The translations under genes and the position numbers were made by a program. DNA of 37,934 nt from a bacterium UBP10_UBA1149 (GTDB taxonomy: Bacteria; Desulfobacterota; Binatia; UBA1149), in contig DBZX01000015.1 in NCBI GenBank assembly GCA_002311335.1, forward strand, positions 106,430 to 144,363, given 5' to 3'. Below the pieces are notes generated by a model. It did not search any database and was not told the DNA's origin. It worked only from the letters and a program-made list of their open reading frames with translations. How positions within the stretch are numbered: position 1 is the stretch's first letter; every line of letters begins with the position of its first letter. Below, one piece after another: positions 29,844-34,964 of this stretch.

Positions 29844-30593
29844 GTGCACCGGGTAGTGCCTTGCGCGCTTTTGCGCGCTCGGTTGGTGTACCGAGTGATA
29901 AGTTTGAACAAGTACAAGGTGTTGCGTGCGCAGAGCGCGGCGCTGCCGGTGGCCGCGCTGGCCTGCGCGCTGCTCGTCATTCCCTCGTTTTCGGGTGCCG
30001 CTTCGCTTCCGGAGGGACCACGCCAGGGCGTCGCAGCGGAGGCGAGCCGACGGCCGAGCAGCCAGCAGCTCAACAGGCTGGACCGGCTCGAGCCCCTGAT
30101 TCGCTACTTCACCTCCTTGTCTTACGGTCCCGACGACGCGCGCGTGAACGGCGACTACATTCGCGCCTTGATACTCACCGAGTCGGGCGCCAACATACGC
30201 GCCCGCTCGCGCAAGGGTGCAAGGGGCCTGACGCAGATCATGCCGTCCACGGCGAGGTGGGCCGTGGCTCACCTCGCCCGCGAAAACTACGACTACCTGT
30301 ACGTAGACGAGGGCGTGTTCAAGGATTTCGTGGCCGACGATCTTTACCATCCGGGCTTGAACGTATTGTTGGCCTGCTACCTCAACGCCACTTACAACCA
30401 GCGTTTTGATGGACAGATTGAGTTGATGGCCGCGGCCTGGAATGCCGGGCCCGGGGCGGTGCGGCGCTATGGAAACCAGCCGCCCCCTTACCCCGAAACA
30501 CTTACCCTGATCAGGCGAGTGCTGGGATACATAGATTTCTTCACGGCTACCGTCGGCGTTAATCCCGCATCACCCGGGCTGGCTCTCAAGTAG
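29844..30593 (+). CDS. Lytic transglycosylase (SLT domain) with signal peptide
   Basis: ALILTESGAN (catalytic Glu-Ser), ARGLTQIMPSTA, AAWNAGPG. There is a hydrophobic leader ALPVAALACALLVIPSFSGAAS. The start is uncertain (GTG 29844, TTG 29904 or GTG 29919). Confidence 0.8.
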   Translation: MHRVVPCALLRARLVYRVISLNKYKVLRAQSAALPVAALACALLVIPSFSGAASLPEGPRQGVAAEASRRPSSQQLNRLDRLEPLIRYFTSLSYGPDDARVNGDYIRALILTESGANIRARSRKGARGLTQIMPSTARWAVAHLARENYDYLYVDEGVFKDFVADDLYHPGLNVLLACYLNATYNQRFDGQIELMAAAWNAGPGAVRRYGNQPPPYPETLTLIRRVLGYIDFFTATVGVNPASPGLALK

Positions 30594-30612
30594 CCAGCTC
30601 TCAAGTAGCCAG
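30583..30612. repeat. Perfect 15-nt tandem duplication (CTCTCAAGTAGCCAG x2) spanning the stop codon of the SLT gene, with a degenerate third copy to 30627
   Basis: Read directly: 30583-30597 equals 30598-30612. Each copy carries an in-frame TAG. Confidence 0.9.
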
Positions 30613-30648
30613 CTACAGCGTAGCCGGCCGGCCTGCGGGGTCGGCGGT

Positions 30649-30828
30649 CTAGTGAAGGGTGCGTACGCGCTCGTTGCTGGCGCCGGCCACCGAAGCGTCG
30701 TTGTGCGAGCGCTCCCTGGCGAAGGGCAGCAGGGTCTCCATTACCCAGGAACCTTTTACGCGCTTGCCGGTGAAAACCACCCGTGAAGAAGACCTCTTTG
30801 AATCACTTTTCTCGTTACGCTTTGCCAT
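30649..30828 (-). CDS. Small basic hypothetical protein, 59 aa (below the ORF-track cut-off)
   Basis: Hand translation gives MAKRNEKSDSKRSSSRVVFTGKRVKGSWVMETLLPFARERSHNDASVAGASNERVRTLH. The ATG is preceded by GGGAGGAAAAACGAGC (strong SD) and by a sigma-54-like element. The listed 82-aa + strand ORF here looks like a shadow. Confidence 0.45.
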   Translation of the reverse strand: MAKRNEKSDSKRSSSRVVFTGKRVKGSWVMETLLPFARERSHNDASVAGASNERVRTLH

Positions 30829-30865
30829 GCTCGTTTTTCCTCCCGAAAGACTGTGGGTGGATAAA

Positions 30866-30881
30866 AGCAGGGCTCGTGCCA
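30866..30881 (-). promoter_or_regulatory. Sigma-54-like promoter element (TGGCAC-N5-CTGC) upstream of the 59-aa ORF
   Basis: Minus strand TGGCACGAGCCCTGCT has GG and GC separated by 10 nt, with 38 nt between the GC and the ATG. The -12 box is CTGC rather than TTGC, and a chance match is possible. Confidence 0.35.
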
Positions 30882-30996
30882 GCGTCGTGGCAGGCAGTCA
30901 AAAATAGTTAAGTTGTTGAAATTGCAGGAGAAGCGACCTCGCAGGCGCCATGGCAAAGGGCACGGCAATGAACCGCGCGGTACAGGATTGTCCGCT

Positions 30997-31773
30997 TCAG
31001 CGGCCTTTGAACTGAGGGCGGCGTTTTTCGAGGAAGGCGGTCACGCCCTCGGCGTAGTCCTCGCTCTGAAAACAGCGCGAGACAAGCTCGTTGACCTCGT
31101 CGGGCGATATGCGGCCGACTCTGCGCGAGGCCTGTTTTGAGTAGGCCAGCGCGAGGGGAGCGTTTGATGCTACCTGGGCAGCCATTTTCCTGGTGGTTTC
31201 TTCGAGCTCGTCCGAGCTTACACAGCGGTGCAGCATTCCCATGCGCAGCGCTTCTTCGCCTTGCACGAAGCGGCCGGTGAGCAGCAGGTCCAGCGTCGTG
31301 GCCTCTCCGAGCAGGGCCAGCAGCCGCTCGAGCGCGTGGTGCGGGTAGGCCAGGCCGAGGCGGCCGGCCGGGATGCCCATGCTTACGTCCTGCGCGGCTA
31401 TCCTGAGATCGCAGCCGAAGGCCAACAGGCAGCCACCTCCTATACAGGGCCCGCCCAGCATGGCGATTGTGGGGACCGAGAGCTTCTCAAGCGCTGCGAG
31501 CGTGTCGCGGCTTCCCTCGTCGTAGCGCCGCGCTTCTTCGGGGTCTGAACGCAGGGCGCGGAACTCGGTTATGTCGGCCCCGGCAACAAAGTTACCCTCT
31601 GTGCCCGTCACCACGATCACCCGCACTTCTTCGTGCGAGGCCAGGTCTTGTAGCAAAGCGGGAAACGCCTGCCACATGTCTCGGGTCATGGCTCCGCGGC
31701 TCTGCGGGCGGTCAATTTTGAGCCAGCCAACGGCGCCGTCTATCGAGCTCTTCAGTTCTTCGGTGCTGTTCAC
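30997..31773 (-). CDS. Enoyl-CoA hydratase/isomerase family protein (crotonase fold)
   Basis: 258 aa. FVAGADITEF and GGPCIGGGCLLAFGCDLRIA oxyanion-hole motifs. Confidence 0.9.
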   Translation of the reverse strand: MNSTEELKSSIDGAVGWLKIDRPQSRGAMTRDMWQAFPALLQDLASHEEVRVIVVTGTEGNFVAGADITEFRALRSDPEEARRYDEGSRDTLAALEKLSVPTIAMLGGPCIGGGCLLAFGCDLRIAAQDVSMGIPAGRLGLAYPHHALERLLALLGEATTLDLLLTGRFVQGEEALRMGMLHRCVSSDELEETTRKMAAQVASNAPLALAYSKQASRRVGRISPDEVNELVSRCFQSEDYAEGVTAFLEKRRPQFKGR

Positions 31774-31864
31774 GCTGACAACTGTATAACGCTGCCAGGG
31801 TTTTGGTGGAAGTCAGGGCTGAAAAGGCCAGCCGTAGAGGGGGGTAGGGCCTGTTCCGGGGGGG

Positions 31865-32047
31865 TTATTTCAGGGGGAGGCTGGCGTTGGCAAAGGTTCC
31901 CGAAAGCTTGACCTTGCCCGAGTTGATGAGCTTGAGAGCCGTCGATATCAGGGTTCCCTCGGTGCAGCGACCGTGGCTTTCGTCCTCGATCGTGACGAGC
32001 AGGTCGAGCAGGGTTATCTTTCGGACGGTCTTGTCAGTCGAAGCCAT
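31865..32047 (-). CDS. Hypothetical 60-aa protein
   Basis: ORF from ATG 32047 (MASTDKTVRKITLLDLL...). No clear SD and no recognised family. The region has lower GC than its surroundings. Confidence 0.3.
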   Translation of the reverse strand: MASTDKTVRKITLLDLLVTIEDESHGRCTEGTLISTALKLINSGKVKLSGTFANASLPLK

Positions 32048-32195
32048 GCCCGGGCTGAAGCAAAATGCTTGCCTGATGAAAAGCAGCAAAAAAGGCCTGT
32101 AAATGGGGGGTCTAGAGATTCAGGGATGCAAGGGCCGGACGTAAGCGCGCAGTACTGCACGAAAACGTAGACCCGGGGGAGGCCGCTGGCCAGCC

Positions 32196-33158
32196 TCAGC
32201 GATGTCGGCGCGTTGTAGGGTCGAGGCTGGCCGGTTCGACGTGGACTACCACGTCGGTCACCGCGGGGTAGCTCTGTTTTATCCTGTCCTCGATTTCCTC
32301 GGTGACGTGGTGCGATCGGAGTACACTCATGTCGTCGGGCAGGTAGAGCTGCAGGTCAACGTAGATGTCGCTGCCGTTGCTGCGCGAGCGAACCGCGTGC
32401 ATGCGGCCCATGGCCCGGTTGTTCTCGAACAGGGCGGCTATGTCCTCGCTGGGTATGGGAGCCGCGTCGGACAGTACGGCCAGCGCGTCGCGCATGATGA
32501 CGTAAGCCGTGCGCGCTATCAGGGCACCGATGCCAACTGCTACCAGGACGTCGAGGCCCGGGTAGCCCAGGCGTACGGCGGCCAGCGATCCTATTACCGC
32601 CAGCGATGCGTATACGTCCGAGCGCGTGTGGGCCGCGTCGGCCTTGAGCACCCGGCTGTTGAGCCGCTCACCGGCAGAGTGTTCCCAGCGGGTTACGGCG
32701 ATGTTGACGAGCAGGGTCGCGATCATGACGGCAAACGCCAGCGGGCTCGCTGTGGGGACAGATCCGCTGCGCGACCTGTCCAGCGCCGCGCCCAGCACTT
32801 CCCAGGCCGCCAGCACCAGGAAACCGGCGATGACCAGTGCCGCCACTACCTCGTATCGGCGATGCCCGTAGTGGTGGTCCGCGTCGGGCGGCCGCGCAGC
32901 CGCGGTCACGCCCAGTATGCCGACCACGGTGGCCAGGCTGTCGAACAGCGAGTGGTAGCCGTCGGCCAGGATGGCGATGCTGGCCGTCATCGTCCCGGTC
33001 ACCAGCTTGGCAATCGCGACCGACAGGTTGAGCACCAGCACGGCCGAGAGCACCCCGGTGGCACCGGTACGCCTCCCGGAAAGCGCCCCGGGCTTGTCGC
33101 TGTTGCGGCTTTCGGAGGCCATGAAGGGCATCATGTCAGCGAGAGGGGCAGATTCCAA
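32196..33158 (-). CDS. Cation diffusion facilitator (CDF) family divalent-metal efflux transporter
   Basis: Six predicted TMs. ADGYHSLFDSLA (TM2 HxxxD) and AHTRSDVYAS (TM5 HxxxD), plus a C-terminal cytoplasmic domain. Confidence 0.88.
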   Translation of the reverse strand: MESAPLADMMPFMASESRNSDKPGALSGRRTGATGVLSAVLVLNLSVAIAKLVTGTMTASIAILADGYHSLFDSLATVVGILGVTAAARPPDADHHYGHRRYEVVAALVIAGFLVLAAWEVLGAALDRSRSGSVPTASPLAFAVMIATLLVNIAVTRWEHSAGERLNSRVLKADAAHTRSDVYASLAVIGSLAAVRLGYPGLDVLVAVGIGALIARTAYVIMRDALAVLSDAAPIPSEDIAALFENNRAMGRMHAVRSRSNGSDIYVDLQLYLPDDMSVLRSHHVTEEIEDRIKQSYPAVTDVVVHVEPASLDPTTRRHR

Positions 33159-33261
33159 CGTAGCCTGCGGCCGGTCGCCCCTTATCGTGCATGGCTTGTT
33201 ACCTTGACGAAAAGTTGGTACTCAATGTCGATAAGCCGTTCCCCGGGGCGGTTACGCGTAT

Positions 33262-33507
33262 ATGGGTAAAGACGGTATAGAGGTAGACGGGACGGTCAAA
33301 GAGAACCTCCCGAACGCATTTTTCAAGGTGGAGCTGGAGAACGGCCACACCGTGCTCGCCCATATTTCGGGTAAGATGCGTAAGTACTATATCCGTATCC
33401 TTCCAGGCGATGCAGTCAAGGTGGAGCTGTCGCCCTATGATCTGACCAGGGGTCGGATAATCTGGCGAGAGAAAACGCCCCCCCGCACGCCTCGCAAGCG
33501 GCGCTAG
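33262..33507 (+). CDS. infA: Translation initiation factor IF-1 (with a short basic C-terminal extension)
   Basis: [65 protein letters not shown] is canonical IF-1. Confidence 0.96.
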   Translation: MGKDGIEVDGTVKENLPNAFFKVELENGHTVLAHISGKMRKYYIRILPGDAVKVELSPYDLTRGRIIWREKTPPRTPRKRR

Positions 33508-33523
33508 CCGGGGTGGCCGCCGC

Positions 33524-33599
33524 TGGGGAGTGGCCAAATTGGTAAGGCACCTGATTCTGGTTCAGGCAACTGAAGGTTCGAGTCCTTCCTCCCCAGCCA
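33524..33599 (+). tRNA. tRNA-Gln (anticodon CUG), CCA encoded
   Basis: Hand-folded cloverleaf: acceptor TGGGGAG/CTCCCCA, anticodon stem CCTGA/TCAGG with loop TTCTGGT, T arm GAAGG-TTCGAGT-CCTTC, discriminator G plus CCA. The overall sequence is very close to E. coli tRNA-Gln as I remember it. Confidence 0.93.
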
Positions 33600-33660
33600 T
33601 TTTCGTCCACTGACTTTCCTGCTTTTTCGAGCTCCTGCCCGCCCGGCCGTAGTGTCTTCC

Positions 33661-33680
33661 CGCCGGGATTTTCCCCGGCG
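33661..33680 (+). terminator. Hairpin downstream of infA/tRNA-Gln (possible terminator or processing signal)
   Basis: Perfect 7-bp stem CGCCGGG/CCCGGCG with a 6-nt loop. The following sequence TTCACAAATGTTCGTTT is only moderately T-rich. Confidence 0.3.
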
Positions 33681-33756
33681 TTCACAAATGTTCGTTTACC
33701 GGGTCGAGTGAAGCATCGCGGTCAACGCTGCCGCTGTTGTTGCGGGTGCAGGCTTC

Positions 33757-33773
33757 TGGCACGTCCATTGCTC
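33757..33773 (+). promoter_or_regulatory. Sigma-54 (RpoN) promoter, copy 1
   Basis: TGGCACGTCCATTGCTC matches TGGCAC-N5-TTGC exactly. It lies 55 nt upstream of ATG 33826, and an identical 17-mer precedes the next gene. Confidence 0.75.
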
Positions 33774-33825
33774 ATGCAGCAGCGGGTAGTTGGGCTCGAG
33801 CCCAGGCAGACCCGGGGGAAGTCTT

Positions 33826-34728
33826 ATGGGCGACCAGTTTTCAGACGGGGATTCACAACTTTCAACAGGTTACGAGCCCGCGGTGCAATCGCCGGTGGCG
33901 ATACTGCGCTGGTCCGGGTTCGTCCTGGGGCTGGTGGCGGTTGTGGCGGCTGTGGCCGCGGTCATGCCATCCAACGGCGAGCTGCAGCTCCGGGCAGGAG
34001 AGTCGGCGCAGACCGTAGGCATGCTTGAAAGCCTGGGCGGTACGGTCGCCGTAGTGCCGGTCAACGCGCTTTGCGGTAACGCCCAGTTGGATGAGGGCGA
34101 GGCCTGCGACGACGGTAACCTTTCCAACTCGGACAAGTGCCTGGCTAATTGCAAGCTGCAGAGCTGCGGAGACGGATTTATCCACGTTGGCTTTGAGCAG
34201 TGTGACGACGGAAATTCTGACGACGCCGACAGTTGCCTGGGCAGCTGTCGCAGTGCTCGCTGTGGCGACGGCTTTGTCCAGGCCGATGTTGAGAGCTGCG
34301 ACGACGGCAACGCTGACAACACAGACGCCTGTCTGGATAGCTGCGAGACTGCTTCCTGCGGCGATGGTTTTGTGCAGGCCGATGTAGAGAGCTGCGACGA
34401 CGGCAACGCTGACAACACAGACGCCTGCCTCTCGAGCTGCGAGGCCGCGCCGGCCGAGTTGCCCGAGCTGTATACGCAGGCCGAGGACCTGGACCTTGCC
34501 GATTTCAGTCTGCAACTGGGTGCGTTCACTTCGCTGGCCAATGCCGAGGAGTTCATGGAAGCAGCTGCCCAGGTAGTACCTGGCGTGCGTGTGAGCCGGA
34601 CCGAAAGGAACGGCAAGTCCTTGTACCGGGTCGTCCTGGGACGCTACCCGACCGCCGGGCAGGCGGAGGTCATACAGCACACGCTGGCCATGGCAGGCAT
34701 GGGCTCGCTTTTGAAGGTTCGGCGCTAG
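33826..34728 (+). CDS. Bitopic membrane protein: TM helix, four Myxococcus-type cysteine-rich repeats, C-terminal SPOR peptidoglycan-binding domain
   Basis: ATG 33826 is preceded by GGGGGAAG. TM WSGFVLGLVAVVAAVAAVM. Repeats CG[ND]G..6-8..C-DDGN....D.C...C at 34072-34452. The C-terminus FSLQLGAFTSLANAEEF....G.SLYRVVLGRYPTAGQAE..... fits the SPOR consensus (34501-34722). Confidence 0.85.
   Translation: MGDQFSDGDSQLSTGYEPAVQSPVAILRWSGFVLGLVAVVAAVAAVMPSNGELQLRAGESAQTVGMLESLGGTVAVVPVNALCGNAQLDEGEACDDGNLSNSDKCLANCKLQSCGDGFIHVGFEQCDDGNSDDADSCLGSCRSARCGDGFVQADVESCDDGNADNTDACLDSCETASCGDGFVQADVESCDDGNADNTDACLSSCEAAPAELPELYTQAEDLDLADFSLQLGAFTSLANAEEFMEAAAQVVPGVRVSRTERNGKSLYRVVLGRYPTAGQAEVIQHTLAMAGMGSLLKVRR
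34261..34452 (+). repeat. 96-nt in-frame tandem duplication (two cysteine-rich repeat units)
   Basis: 34261-34356 versus 34357-34452 shows 15 differences in 96 nt by hand count. The first 24 codons encode identical peptides (CGDGFVQADVESCDDGNADNTDAC), with 6 differences that are all synonymous. Confidence 0.9.
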
Positions 34729-34740
34729 CCTGCCGCCCAG

Positions 34741-34772
34741 CCCCCTGCTGTTCATAAATGTCCAGCAAGGGG
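34741..34772 (+). other. Intergenic hairpin 13 nt after the stop of the SPOR gene
   Basis: CCCCCTGCTG / CAGCAAGGGG gives a 10-bp stem with one mismatch and a 12-nt AT-rich loop, TTCATAAATGTC. There is no T-tract, so it is not a classical terminator. Confidence 0.5.
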
Positions 34773-34893
34773 AGTCGTTGAACCGCTGTCGATAGCTCTT
34801 CAGCCTGCCACCAGCCTGTAAAACCGCCCCGATAACAAGTCTTTACGGCACATAGCCCAGCTTCCGGCGCTCCCTCTTTTCCAGCTCATACGG

Positions 34894-34910
34894 TGGCACG
34901 TCCATTGCTC
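34894..34910 (+). promoter_or_regulatory. Sigma-54 (RpoN) promoter, copy 2
   Basis: The identical 17-mer TGGCACGTCCATTGCTC, 57 nt upstream of ATG 34965. Confidence 0.75.
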
Positions 34911-34964
34911 TTGCAACTATGGGTATTTGGCCCTGACATGGGCCAATCCAGGGAGACCAGGGGA

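Noticed and set aside
30659-30907. Listed 82-aa + strand ORF.
   Set aside because: No SD, poor composition, and fully overlapped by a minus-strand 59-aa ORF that has a strong SD and a promoter-like element. Treated as a shadow, though with limited certainty.
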